The notes under the pieces: generated by a model
What the model was told of the DNA's origin: nothing
Database searches by the model: none
What the model saw: only the letters and a program-made list of their open reading frames with translations
Part shown: in pieces, positions 45,676-55,126 of the stretch
How positions within the stretch are numbered: position 1 is the first letter of the stretch
How the letters are laid out: each line of letters opens with the position of its first letter
Translations under genes and position numbers: made by a program
Origin: Vulcanimicrobiota bacterium
Lineage (GTDB): Bacteria; Vulcanimicrobiota; Xenobia; Xenobiales; JADMJV01
Direction: 5' to 3'
Assembly: GCA_050250895.1 (NCBI GenBank)
Contig: JBFWNU010000009.1
Coordinates: 1 to 64,000, forward strand
Length of the DNA stretch: 64,000 nucleotides

Positions 45676-46566
45676 TCAGGCCTGGGTGCGAAAAAGCCTG
45701 GCCGTGCGGTCCCAGCCCGCGGTGAGCACGAGCTCTCCGCACACCGCCAGGTCATAGACGGGCTCCTTGGCGTGGGGCATCGATTCATAGACGACTGCCC
45801 CGCTCTGCCACTGCCAGATGCGAAGACGACCATCGTGCGAGCCGGTGATGAGCAAGTCGTTGGAGACGAAGGCAAGCCCGCGAACCCAGTCGGTGTGGCC
45901 TTCGAGCCAGCCGGCGGGCGAGCCGTCGAGGTTCCACCACAGGCCCACCGCGCCGTTCGAAAACCCGGCCGCCAGCACCAACCCGTCGGGTGAGTAGGCG
46001 ACCGAGACTGGCCAGCGGTCCTGGTGGTCGACCAGCAGCAACTGGCGCGCATCCCAGGGGTCCCAGACCCTTAGAGTGCCGTCACGACAGCCGGTGGCCA
46101 GGCGCTCGGCCCGGGGGTGAAAGGCTACCGCGTTGACCCAGTTGCCCAGGCAGAACTTCTGCAGAGTGGACCACTGGCGGGTGAGGATGCGTCGGTGCAC
46201 GTCCATCGGTCGGGCCGGCACCACCCACAGGGCTCCGTCGTGAGAAGCCAGGGCCAGCAGTGAGCCGTCGTGAGAGAAGGCCACTCCCTCCACCGAGTTG
46301 CCAAAGGGCTCGAGGGTGGCCAACTCGCTTCCGGAGTAGACCTCGTAGACCAGGCCGCGGCGGTTAGAGCCCACCGCCAGCCGGCTCGAGTCCGGGGCAA
46401 AGGCCAGCGAGTAGCCGTCGACCTGGTGGCGGCGGCCGTCACGTCCGCCGGTCTCCCAGAGGAAAACCTCTTCGAAGGTGCTCGAGGCGGCCAGTTTGCC
46501 GTCGGGCGAGAGGGCCACGGCCGAGACGTTCTCGGCATGTTGCTTAGTCAGCAGCTGAGAGAGCAT
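45676..46566 (-). CDS. WD40-repeat protein
   Basis: VAFSxDG..LA, GHTDWVRGLAF, DGTLRVWD and TAGWDRTARLF repeats. Confidence 0.92.
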   Translation of the reverse strand: MLSQLLTKQHAENVSAVALSPDGKLAASSTFEEVFLWETGGRDGRRHQVDGYSLAFAPDSSRLAVGSNRRGLVYEVYSGSELATLEPFGNSVEGVAFSHDGSLLALASHDGALWVVPARPMDVHRRILTRQWSTLQKFCLGNWVNAVAFHPRAERLATGCRDGTLRVWDPWDARQLLLVDHQDRWPVSVAYSPDGLVLAAGFSNGAVGLWWNLDGSPAGWLEGHTDWVRGLAFVSNDLLITGSHDGRLRIWQWQSGAVVYESMPHAKEPVYDLAVCGELVLTAGWDRTARLFRTQA

Positions 46567-47869
46567 TCTTTCGTTGCATCCACATGAAGTAAGGCAATCC
46601 GGCTGCGATCAGTCCCAGACCTACGGTCGATTCGAAAGGACGCTCCCAGAAGTTCAGCCCGAGAATCCACAGCAGACTGGCCAGAAAAATGGCGGGGGTG
46701 GCCGGATAACCCCAGCACTGGTAGGGTCGCTCGCGCTCGGGCTGGCGCGCCCGGAGCACGTAGATGGCTAGCGCGGTCAGGGCCGAGAAGACCATGATCC
46801 CGAAGATGACATAATTGGTCAGCAGGTCGAACAGACTCTCCTTACCTCTCAGATACTCGCCGGCCACCACCAGCACGGTGCTCCACACCGAATAGGCGAT
46901 GATGGCCCGGTGAGGCGTGGCGTAACGCTCGTGGACGGTAGCGAAAGCCCGGGGAGCCAGGCCGTCGCGGGCCATGGCGAAGAAGATACGCGGGCCGCAC
47001 AACAACCCCGCGTTGAGGGTGCCGAGCACCGAGATCAGCAAGAAGAGGTTGAGCAGTCGGCCCCCGATGGGGCCGGCCAGACGACTGACCATATCGGCAG
47101 CCGGAGTGGGCGAGGCGGCCAGCTCTGCCATCGGCATACTGGCGTGAATGCCCAGATTGATAGCCATGTACAAAACCATGGTCAGGCCCACCCCGAACAC
47201 CAGTGCCCGCGGCACCTGGCGTTGGGGTTCCTGCATCTCCTCGGCCACAGTAGTCACGTTGTACCAGCCGTCGTAGGCCCACAGCACGGCCAGGAAGGCA
47301 GCTGCCCAGGCGGGGGTCGGGGGAATCGAACGACTGGCGAGAAAGCTCTCCGAGCCGAGATAGAGCAGTGGCAGTCCGGTGACCAGCACCAGGCCCGAGA
47401 CCTTGAAAAAGAGGGCGATGTCCTGTAGGCGGCCCGAGCCTTCGACTCCCACCACGTTCCAACCAGCCAGCAGGGCAATGATCACGATGGCCACCGCTGG
47501 CAAGGTGGCTCCCTGACAGCCCAGCAGGGTGGCCGCCGCCACAGCCAGAGCGCCGGTCGAGGCCGAGCGAGCGAAGAAGAAGTCGGTCCACCCGGCCAAA
47601 AAGGCCGGGCATCGCCCCCAGGCTTCGCGCAGATAGACATAAGCCCCGCCCGACTCGGGAATCATCGCCGCCAGCTCGGCATAGACCAGCCCCCCGAGCA
47701 GCGAGATGATGCCGCCGGCCAGCCACACCAACAAAATCAGATCGAGCCGTCCCAGGCTCTTGGCCATGACGTTCTGCTTGAAGAAAATGCCCGAGCCGAC
47801 CATCGTGCCCACCACGATGGCCACCCCCTGGCGCAGGCCCAGGGCCCGGCGCAGCCCCGACTCAGACAT
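46544..47869 (-). CDS. APC-family amino acid permease
   Basis: VGTMVGSGIF, YAELAAMIPESGG.Y.YL and WAYDGW motifs; about 12 TM segments. Confidence 0.93.
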   Translation of the reverse strand: MSESGLRRALGLRQGVAIVVGTMVGSGIFFKQNVMAKSLGRLDLILLVWLAGGIISLLGGLVYAELAAMIPESGGAYVYLREAWGRCPAFLAGWTDFFFARSASTGALAVAAATLLGCQGATLPAVAIVIIALLAGWNVVGVEGSGRLQDIALFFKVSGLVLVTGLPLLYLGSESFLASRSIPPTPAWAAAFLAVLWAYDGWYNVTTVAEEMQEPQRQVPRALVFGVGLTMVLYMAINLGIHASMPMAELAASPTPAADMVSRLAGPIGGRLLNLFLLISVLGTLNAGLLCGPRIFFAMARDGLAPRAFATVHERYATPHRAIIAYSVWSTVLVVAGEYLRGKESLFDLLTNYVIFGIMVFSALTALAIYVLRARQPERERPYQCWGYPATPAIFLASLLWILGLNFWERPFESTVGLGLIAAGLPYFMWMQRKNALSAAD

Positions 47870-49542
47870 TACAGCTTCTTGGCGATCTTGGTCCAGGAAT
47901 CGCGCAGCGGCACGATGCGATTAAAGACCAGTTTGTCGGCGTTGCTATCGGGATCCACCACGAAGTAGCCCTGACGCTCGAACTGGTAGCGGTTGCCCGG
48001 GCTGGTGCCGGTCAGGGCCGGTTCGACCCTGGCCTCGGGCCTTACGACCAGCGAGTCCTCGGCGATCAGATCGAGCCAGTTGTCGGCGCTGTCGGGGCGC
48101 GCGTCGGTAAACAGGCAGGAGTAGAGCCTGACTTCGGCGGGCAGGCTGTGACTGGCCGAAACCCAATGGATAGTGCCTTTGACCTTCCGACCATCGGGCG
48201 AAGAACCGCCGCGGGTCTCGGGGTCGTAGGTGCAGCGCAGCTCGACGATCTCGCCCTGCTCGTCTTTGATCACCTCGTTGCAGGTGATGTAGTAGGCTCG
48301 CCGCAGGCGCACCTCGCGTCCGGGAGCCAGCCGGAAGAACTTCTTGGGCGGGTCTTCCATGAAGTCTTCGCGCTCGATGTAGATCTCGCGGGTGAAAGGC
48401 ACCTCGCGCGAGCCCATGGCCGGGGGATCGTCGGGATAATAAGGAGCCTCGAACTGCTCGACCTGCCCCTCGGGATAGTTGGTAATCACGACCTTGAGCG
48501 GGTCAAGCACGCCCATCACCCGTTCGGTGGTCGTGTTGAGGTGATTGCGCACGCTGTCTTCCAGCAGGGCCAGCTCGATCCACTGGGTCTTTTTGGTGAT
48601 GCCGACCCGGTCCACAAAGTCGCGGATCGCCTCGGGTGTGTAGCCGCGCCGGCGCATGCCCCGCAGGGTCGGCATACGCGGGTCGTCCCAGCCAGCCACC
48701 CGCTTTTCTCGCACCAGCTGGATCAGCTTTCGCTTGCTCATCACCGTGTAGTTGAGGTTGAGCCGACTGAACTCGATCTGCTGCGGACGGCAGGCCGTGC
48801 CGACCTTCTCGAGCACCCACTCGTAGAGGGGCCGATTGTTCTCGAACTCGAGACTGCACAGCGAGTGGGTGATGCCCTCGATGGCGTCCGACAGGCAGTG
48901 GGTGTAGTCATACATCGGATAGATGCACCACTTGTCGCCACTGCGGTGATGGTGGGCCTTGCGAATGCGATACAAAGTCGGGTCGCGCATGACCACGTTG
49001 GGAGAGGCCATGTCGATCTTGGCGCGCAAGACCCGGGCCCCGTCTTCGAACTCGCCCGCCCGCATGCGCTCGAACAGCTCGAGATTCTCTTCGAGGCTGC
49101 GATTGCGATAGGGGCTTTCCCGGCCCGGTTCGGTGAGGGTCCCTCGATACTCGCGGATCTGGTCGGCGGTCAGGTCGTCGACATAGGCGTGACCGGAACG
49201 GATCAGGCCGACCGCATACTCATAGAGCTGATCGAAATAGTCCGAGGCGTGGTATTCGTGGTCGCCCCAATCCCAGCCCAGCCAGCGGATGTCCTCGGCG
49301 ATGGCCTCGACATACTCGGTGTCTTCCTTGAGCGGGTTGGTATCGTCAAAGCGAAGATGACAACGACCGGCGTAGTCTCGGGCGATGCCGAAATTGAGAC
49401 AGATGGCCTTGGCGTGGCCGATATGCAGATAGCCGTTGGGCTCGGGAGGAAAGCGAGTGACCACCTGGCGGTGTTTACCCGAGGCCAGGTCGGCATCGAT
49501 AATCTGGCGGATGAAGTTGGTGGAGGTTTCGACGGTAGACAT
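47869..49542 (-). CDS. glnS: Glutamine--tRNA ligase
   Basis: [35 protein letters not shown] and FERQGYF motifs; ATG at 49542. Confidence 0.97.
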   Translation of the reverse strand: MSTVETSTNFIRQIIDADLASGKHRQVVTRFPPEPNGYLHIGHAKAICLNFGIARDYAGRCHLRFDDTNPLKEDTEYVEAIAEDIRWLGWDWGDHEYHASDYFDQLYEYAVGLIRSGHAYVDDLTADQIREYRGTLTEPGRESPYRNRSLEENLELFERMRAGEFEDGARVLRAKIDMASPNVVMRDPTLYRIRKAHHHRSGDKWCIYPMYDYTHCLSDAIEGITHSLCSLEFENNRPLYEWVLEKVGTACRPQQIEFSRLNLNYTVMSKRKLIQLVREKRVAGWDDPRMPTLRGMRRRGYTPEAIRDFVDRVGITKKTQWIELALLEDSVRNHLNTTTERVMGVLDPLKVVITNYPEGQVEQFEAPYYPDDPPAMGSREVPFTREIYIEREDFMEDPPKKFFRLAPGREVRLRRAYYITCNEVIKDEQGEIVELRCTYDPETRGGSSPDGRKVKGTIHWVSASHSLPAEVRLYSCLFTDARPDSADNWLDLIAEDSLVVRPEARVEPALTGTSPGNRYQFERQGYFVVDPDSNADKLVFNRIVPLRDSWTKIAKKL

Positions 49543-49606
49543 TGGAAGGCCGTTCGGCGCCGCCAACCCCTTTCCTCGACCCCCGGCCGATGGTATCATC
49601 CCCACA

Positions 49607-49909
49607 ATGAGCCAGCGCCCCTGTCCCACCTGCGGCCAGCTTCTGCCCGACGCCGCCACCCGTTGCGAGTGCGGCGCTCGCCTGGGGGGAGTATCGCCCA
49701 CGGTGAGCCTGTTTCTGCTGGGCTTTTTGCCCATGGTGATCGGCCTCTACGTCTTGCGCTACGGCAACTGGCGTCACTACGATCCGCCCTATTACCTGGC
49801 CGTCCTGGCCGTGGGCGTCGGATTTATCATCAGCGTCTACCTGATGGTCCAGGCCGGCGGCAAGCGCAAGCCCCCTCCGGCCGAGGGGGATCACCGCTCG
49901 GGTCCGTAA
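49607..49909 (+). CDS. Small membrane protein with an N-terminal zinc ribbon
   Basis: CPTC...CECG followed by two TM helices; TATCAT-N7-ATG. Confidence 0.75.
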   Translation: MSQRPCPTCGQLLPDAATRCECGARLGGVSPTVSLFLLGFLPMVIGLYVLRYGNWRHYDPPYYLAVLAVGVGFIISVYLMVQAGGKRKPPPAEGDHRSGP

Positions 49910-50038
49910 AGGAAAGGGCCCCGCTCTTCACAGCGCGGAACCTCGATATGGCCACAGGGCAGGCCTCGGTATTGCGGATAGTCCGCCTGACACCCGGCGG
50001 CGGAGTGGCCGCTCCTACAATACAGCGTATAGCACCCA

Positions 50039-51220
50039 TCAGCCTGAGCGTGACCTGGTCCGCCGACGCTGCGCCTTATCCCGGGCGGCCTTCCACTCGG
50101 GTCGATTTGCAAAGTCTTTCTCGTGCGCGTTGGCGTGGCAACCCGGACACAACAACTCCAAATCTTCCAGTCGATGCTGCCGAGTTTCGGACCAGGCCCG
50201 AACGTGATGCACTACCAGATTGCCCTCAGAGCACGAACATCGCTCACAGCGGCCAAAAGCGCGAGCATAGACCGCTCGCACCAACCCCACCGGCAGCCCG
50301 GGCCGACCCTTAGACCGACTCGGCAGTAGCGGCAACTGTTCGGCCTGAGTACTTCCAGCTGGAAGTACAGCCTGGGGACAGGCCACCACGATGCCGGTTT
50401 GCTTCATCGCCTCGTCAACCGCCTCGGGCTCGGCCGGCAAGAGTCCGCGATCGGTATCATAGAAGCCTTCGCCGGTCACACCGTTCACGTGAACGATGAC
50501 CTGATGACGCACTTTGCTGCGGTTGTCGGCCGAGGCCAGCAGGGCCCTGCTCATCTCGGCCACGGCCGTCTCCTGGCTGACGCGCTTGCCCCGGCGGGCC
50601 TCGACCAGTCTCTTGGCCTGCTCATAGATAGCATACTCCTCGGGGGGCAGCAGCAGAATAACCTTTCGTAACTTCGGCGCCTCCGGAACGGCAGGCGGCG
50701 CGGGTTGAACTGGCCTCGCGGGTTGCTCGGTGAAGGTCAACTCGGGCTGACTCTGGCGAGCCTCGAGCGAAGCTTGCAAAGCCTGGCCACGCTTGTGTTG
50801 GGTGGGAGTCAGAGCCACGGCGCGCTCGACTGCCTGGGCCTTGTTCTTCAGCGCAAACTCGAGCATCTCGGCCTCGTTGTCGGGGGTGGTGATCCGCTTG
50901 AGAGCGCGGGCTTTGCTCCAGCAGAGCCTCCCGTCGCGAAAGGCTTCCGAGACGAGGGGCAGTTGCTCGAAAACCCTGGCCAAACTGAGGAGTTCGCCGG
51001 CCTTCTGGGGATGCAGGTTGAGGTGATGGATAGCGTAGCCAACGGTGCTACCACAGCCCATCTGCCGATACAGTCCGCTGCGCTCGGTAGCCAAGAGGTG
51101 GGCGGCCAGCTCCCATTCGCAGCCAAAGGAGCGCTTGCTCGCCTGGCGGTTTCTCTGGTGGAGCTCCTGGTGAGAAAGCTGTTGCAGGGAGTGGGAAAAT
51201 CCTGACAGAGTTGTAGACAT
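50039..51220 (-). CDS. HNH endonuclease with a DUF222-like helical N-terminal region (393 aa)
   Basis: RAFGRCERC..NLVVHHVRAW...LELLCPGCHANAH; N-terminal LPLVSEAFRDGRLCWSKAR motif typical of DUF222/13E12-type proteins; GGAGG RBS before ATG 51220. Confidence 0.88.
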   Translation of the reverse strand: MSTTLSGFSHSLQQLSHQELHQRNRQASKRSFGCEWELAAHLLATERSGLYRQMGCGSTVGYAIHHLNLHPQKAGELLSLARVFEQLPLVSEAFRDGRLCWSKARALKRITTPDNEAEMLEFALKNKAQAVERAVALTPTQHKRGQALQASLEARQSQPELTFTEQPARPVQPAPPAVPEAPKLRKVILLLPPEEYAIYEQAKRLVEARRGKRVSQETAVAEMSRALLASADNRSKVRHQVIVHVNGVTGEGFYDTDRGLLPAEPEAVDEAMKQTGIVVACPQAVLPAGSTQAEQLPLLPSRSKGRPGLPVGLVRAVYARAFGRCERCSCSEGNLVVHHVRAWSETRQHRLEDLELLCPGCHANAHEKDFANRPEWKAARDKAQRRRTRSRSG

Positions 51221-51504
51221 CAGCAGCCCTCCGAGGCGAAGAAGAATCAAGCAATGATCCTATTTTACTCAAGATTAGCCGCCGAATCAACGCAACGAAA
51301 CGGCTTGGTTGTGGGGTTTAAATGGCGCCTCACCGGTGGCCGCGAGAACGGTTTCCAGTGAAAAAATGACGGCGCCAACCAGTTTCTTGTGCGGATGACT
51401 GACAGGCGCCCTTCAGGGCTCAGGGCGCCAAGTTTGGATAGCACGATCTCCAGGGCAACTCCCCAGTTCACAAATATTAGGATATCACAACATTTGATCT
51501 GGCG

Positions 51505-52690
51505 GTGGTTACTTCCAGCTGGAACTCCGCGGCGGGTCCGCGGCCAACAATCCGGGGGGTTTCGGAGAACGAGTCTACTTCCAGCTGGAAGACCGCGGCC
51601 CCGCGGCGGGTCCTGAAGTTCGCCGCCCGGGCGACCGGCGAGCGGGTCCGCGACCAACAATCCGGGGGATATGGGAGAGCGAGTGTACTTCCAGCTGGAA
51701 GACCGCCGCCCCAAGCCCGAGCCGGGTTCGGCGAATCGCGCAAACCCAGGGCTCGCCGCCCGAGCCCGCCCCCCCAGAGGCTCGCCGCCCGGGCCACCGG
51801 CCGCCAACACCCCGGCGTGGTATCGGAGTGCGAGTGCAATTCCAGCTGGAAGTCGCGGGCCCAGCGGCGGGTTCTCAAGTTCGCCGCCCGGGACCACCGC
51901 GAGCGGGTCCGCGGCCACAAGCCCGGGCCGGTTTCGGCGAGCGCGCAAACCCAGGGCTCGCCGCCCGAACCCGTCCCCGCCCCCCGGCGAGCGAGTCCGT
52001 GGTCCGGCTGGAATCCTTCGCCTGGCCGAGCCAGGGTTGAACAATCGCGCCGACTCTCGGGGCCGCCGCCCGGGCCACCGGCCGCCAACACCCCGGCGTG
52101 GTATCGGAGTGCGAGTGCAATTCCAGCTGGAAGTCGCGGGCCCAGCGGCGGGTTCTCAAGTTCGCCGCCCGGGCCACCGGCGAGCGGGTCCGCGATCAAC
52201 CCCGCGGGGTATCGGAGAGCGAGTGTACGTCCCGCTGGAAGACCGCCGCCGCAAGCCCGAGCCGGGTTCGGAGAGCGCGCAAATTCCCAGGGCTCGCCGC
52301 CCGGGCCATCGGCGAGCGGAGCCGCGGCCAACAACCCCGCGGGCTATCGGAGTGCGAGTCTACTTCCAGCTGGAAGACCGGTGGGTTCTCAAAGTTCGCC
52401 GCCGGGACCACCGCGAGCGGGTCCGCGGCCACAAGCCTGGGCCGGGTTCGGCGAGCGCGCAAACCCAGGGCTCGCCGCCCGAACCCGTCCCCCAGAGTTC
52501 GCCCCCCGGGGAGCGAGTCCGTGGTCCGGCTGGAATCCTCCGCCTGGCCGAGCCAGGGTTGAACAATCGCGCCGACTCTCGGGGCCGCCGCCCGTGCGGA
52601 GGCTGAGGAGCGGGAGTCTACTTCCAGCTGGAAGATCGCCGCTCGGGTCATCGGCGAGCGGAGCCGTGGCCAACAACCCCGCAGGCGGCT
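51505..52690. repeat. Modular GC-rich repeat array with TTCCAGCTGGAA palindromic cores
   Basis: Exact cores at 51513, 51579, 51689, 51840, 52121, 52364 and 52622; degenerate cores at 52002, 52229 and 52524; most are preceded by GAG(A/T)GCGAGT; spacing 66-162 bp, filled with shared sub-modules. Confidence 0.92.
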
Positions 52691-52696
52691 AGGCGC

Positions 52697-53050
52697 CTAG
52701 GCGGCTAACCCGCGAGCGCCGAGCCAGTGGACCAGGCCGCTCTGGCCGGGGTTGAAAGAGATGCCCACTACGTGGGCGGGGCTGCCGCCGACTGGCTGCT
52801 GCCAGACGGGCCAGCCGCGCATCGGCACTTCGGTGTCATCGAGGTGAAGGACCAGCTCCAGTTCGCGCTCTGCTTCCAGACGATGCTCGCTGACGAGCCT
52901 GAGCCCGGTGGCCGAAATGTTGACACCGAAGCCTTGCACTTGACGGTCGTCCAACTTGATAGCGACAGGAAAGTTGTAGGCGAGACGAGTGGCGATTCGG
53001 CGATTTTCACAGCCGGGCAGCGCCTTTTGTTTGCGCTTTTTCTTTTTCAC
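52697..53050 (-). CDS. PilZ-domain protein (c-di-GMP receptor)
   Basis: ENRRIATR (RxxxR) and NISATG motifs; GGAGG before GTG 53050. Confidence 0.88.
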   Translation of the reverse strand: MKKKKRKQKALPGCENRRIATRLAYNFPVAIKLDDRQVQGFGVNISATGLRLVSEHRLEAERELELVLHLDDTEVPMRGWPVWQQPVGGSPAHVVGISFNPGQSGLVHWLGARGLAA

Positions 53051-53240
53051 GAAACCTCCAGTTTTGCGGGTAATCTGTTGGGCGCTAAACAACCACCCAA
53101 TCTTCCCCATTCACCGCTTTGCGGCTTATGAGAAAAATGATACACCAATTAGTTTCCTATAATCAATGTTTGGGGCAAAATTTAACAACCCCGCACAGAG
53201 CAAAGGCTCAGACGCTCTCCGAAGCGAACCGAGGGGGCCT

Positions 53241-53636
53241 ATGGACGATCCTTTGCAGTCCCCCAACCTGCTGGCCATGGCTGAAGCTCTCGAAGCTTGG
53301 GAGAACGGCGAGATCAGTGACCACGACTATGTGGGCATCCTGGCCGAGGTGCGCGAGTCGGTGCGCCCGGTGGTCGAGCAGCTTCGAGTTGCCTGCGCCG
53401 ACCTGCCCGAGGACATGCCGGCCGACATGGTCGAGGCGCTACTCGAGTGCCTGCGCCTCAATCGGGCCTATCTCCAAGCCTTCGACGAGATGATCGACGA
53501 GCCTCACCTGGGGCTCGACTCAGCCCGGGCGGCGGTGCTCGAGTTGGCCCAGCTCGAGCAAGAGACTCGCGAGAAGCTCAAGCAAAAGCCCAAAGTTTCG
53601 CTGGGAGACCTGCTCGACTCGTTTCGGACTCGCTAA
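53241..53636 (+). CDS. Hypothetical helical acidic protein
   Basis: GAGGGG before ATG 53241; coding-like composition. Confidence 0.65.
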   Translation: MDDPLQSPNLLAMAEALEAWENGEISDHDYVGILAEVRESVRPVVEQLRVACADLPEDMPADMVEALLECLRLNRAYLQAFDEMIDEPHLGLDSARAAVLELAQLEQETREKLKQKPKVSLGDLLDSFRTR

Positions 53637-53687
53637 GGGGTCGTTTGCCCCACGCGCCAAGGGTCATCGAACTTCTAGAATCGAGGT

Positions 53688-54377
53688 ATGAAAAACTTCG
53701 TCCTCTCGATTCTCCGCTGGCTACTGTTCTCGATCGTCAAGCCCGACATCCGGGGCCTCGAAGAGATCCCCGCCCAGGGGCCCGTCATTTTGGCCGGCAA
53801 CCACCCCAACGTGCTCGACGGACTGGTGGTCGGACTGGCCAGTCCCCGGCCGGTGCGCTTTCTCGTGGCGGGCGAGCTTTTCAGAGTGCCAGGACTGGCC
53901 GCTTTTCTGGCCTGGTTGGGCTGTATTCCGGTGGATCGACGCCAGGGCCGGGGCAACGGCGACGCCCTGCGGGCCGCTATCGAAGCTCTCGAGCAGGGCC
54001 ACGTGCTGGCGCTCTTTCCCGAAGGTAAGACCAACGGCGGGCGAACCCTGCTCGAGTTCAAGCCGGGGGTAGCTCTGCTGGGCCTGCGCACCGGCGCACC
54101 GGTCATCCCGTTGGGTCTGGCGGGGACCGAAAAGGCTTATCCCGATGGGTCTTTCACCATCAAGCCTCAGGGCGTGGGGCTGGTCTTCGGCCGTCCTCGC
54201 CGTCTCGAGAACGAATCGGTCGAGCAGGCACTGCAGCAGGTCCGAGGCGACATCCTGGGTTGCAGTCATCAGGCCGAGGCCCTGACCGCGCCGGGCCGCT
54301 GCGAGTCGGTGCGGGCTCACCTGGCCGTGGCCGCCTCGTTGGTGCTGACCGTATCGACCCGGTGGGCTTTCCACTAA
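53688..54377 (+). CDS. plsC: 1-acyl-sn-glycerol-3-phosphate acyltransferase (PlsC family)
   Basis: NHPNVLD, PVDR and FPEG motifs. Confidence 0.9.
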   Translation: MKNFVLSILRWLLFSIVKPDIRGLEEIPAQGPVILAGNHPNVLDGLVVGLASPRPVRFLVAGELFRVPGLAAFLAWLGCIPVDRRQGRGNGDALRAAIEALEQGHVLALFPEGKTNGGRTLLEFKPGVALLGLRTGAPVIPLGLAGTEKAYPDGSFTIKPQGVGLVFGRPRRLENESVEQALQQVRGDILGCSHQAEALTAPGRCESVRAHLAVAASLVLTVSTRWAFH

Positions 54378-54383
54378 TTGGAG

Positions 54384-54415
54384 TTGACGATCCATTGACG
54401 GAGCTGTTGTAACCT
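54384..54415 (+). promoter_or_regulatory. Direct-repeat box promoter (class N10)
   Basis: TTGAC-GATCCA-TTGAC-N10-TAACCT. Confidence 0.5.
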
Positions 54416-54445
54416 CGTCTCAAGAGAACGAGAAAGGCAGATTCG

Positions 54446-55126
54446 ATGGGCGGCGAGCTAAAAACTTTTCAGCAAGAACATGGACTGGCGCTGTTGGGCC
54501 AATTGACGGCCGGAGTCGTGCACGACGCCCGCAACTTGCTCTGCAATATGGGACTGGTGGTCGACCGCCTGGCCATGCTCGTGCCCAAGCAAGACGAGAA
54601 GATCGACAAGAACCTGGCCCGGCTGCGCAACGGACTGGCCGACATGAACGTGATGTTCAGCAGCGTGCTCGACATCGCTCGTCCCGCCGAAGAGCAAGCA
54701 CTCGAACTCGACGAAATGGTCGACGAAGCGCTGCGAGTGGTTCGCCCCACCACGCGAGGATTTGGCGTTCGCCTGGCCTTTGAGTCTGAACCGGTTGCAG
54801 TGCGAGGCTGCGGAGCCAAGTTGCGTCAAGTGCTGTGCAACCTGGTTCTCAACGCCTGCCAGGCCTGCGGCGCCGGTGGTCAGGTCAAAGTATTGGTCGA
54901 GCGCGATGGCGACGTGGCAAGACTGGTGGTCGAAGACAACGGCCCGGGAGTGGTCCCCGCCCAGCGCGACGACATCTTTTCACCCTTCGTGACCAGCAAG
55001 AGCAACGGCTCGGGCCTGGGCCTGTGGAACTGCCGCCAGATTGTTGAAGAGATGGGCGGCCGCATCCAGGTGGGCGACAGCGCTTTAGGCGGGGCTCGCT
55101 TCGAAGTCGAACTGCCGGCTATTTAG
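54446..55126 (+). CDS. Sensor-less histidine kinase (HisKA plus HATPase only)
   Basis: H-box VHDARN, N-box NLVLNA, DNGPG, FSPFVTSK and GSGLGL motifs. Confidence 0.92.
   Translation: MGGELKTFQQEHGLALLGQLTAGVVHDARNLLCNMGLVVDRLAMLVPKQDEKIDKNLARLRNGLADMNVMFSSVLDIARPAEEQALELDEMVDEALRVVRPTTRGFGVRLAFESEPVAVRGCGAKLRQVLCNLVLNACQACGAGGQVKVLVERDGDVARLVVEDNGPGVVPAQRDDIFSPFVTSKSNGSGLGLWNCRQIVEEMGGRIQVGDSALGGARFEVELPAI

Noticed and set aside
48148-50313. 721-aa plus-strand ORF
   Set aside because: Antisense shadow of glnS.
51505-52690. CRISPR array
   Set aside because: Spacers are non-unique, 66-162 bp and built of shared modules, the repeats are degenerate, and no cas genes are in the window.
51265-52692. 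Long ORFs across the repeat array (e.g. 51505-52692 +, 395 aa)
   Set aside because: Open in several frames on both strands because of extreme GC content; translations are Arg/Pro/Gly/Ala-rich with no RBS or domain.
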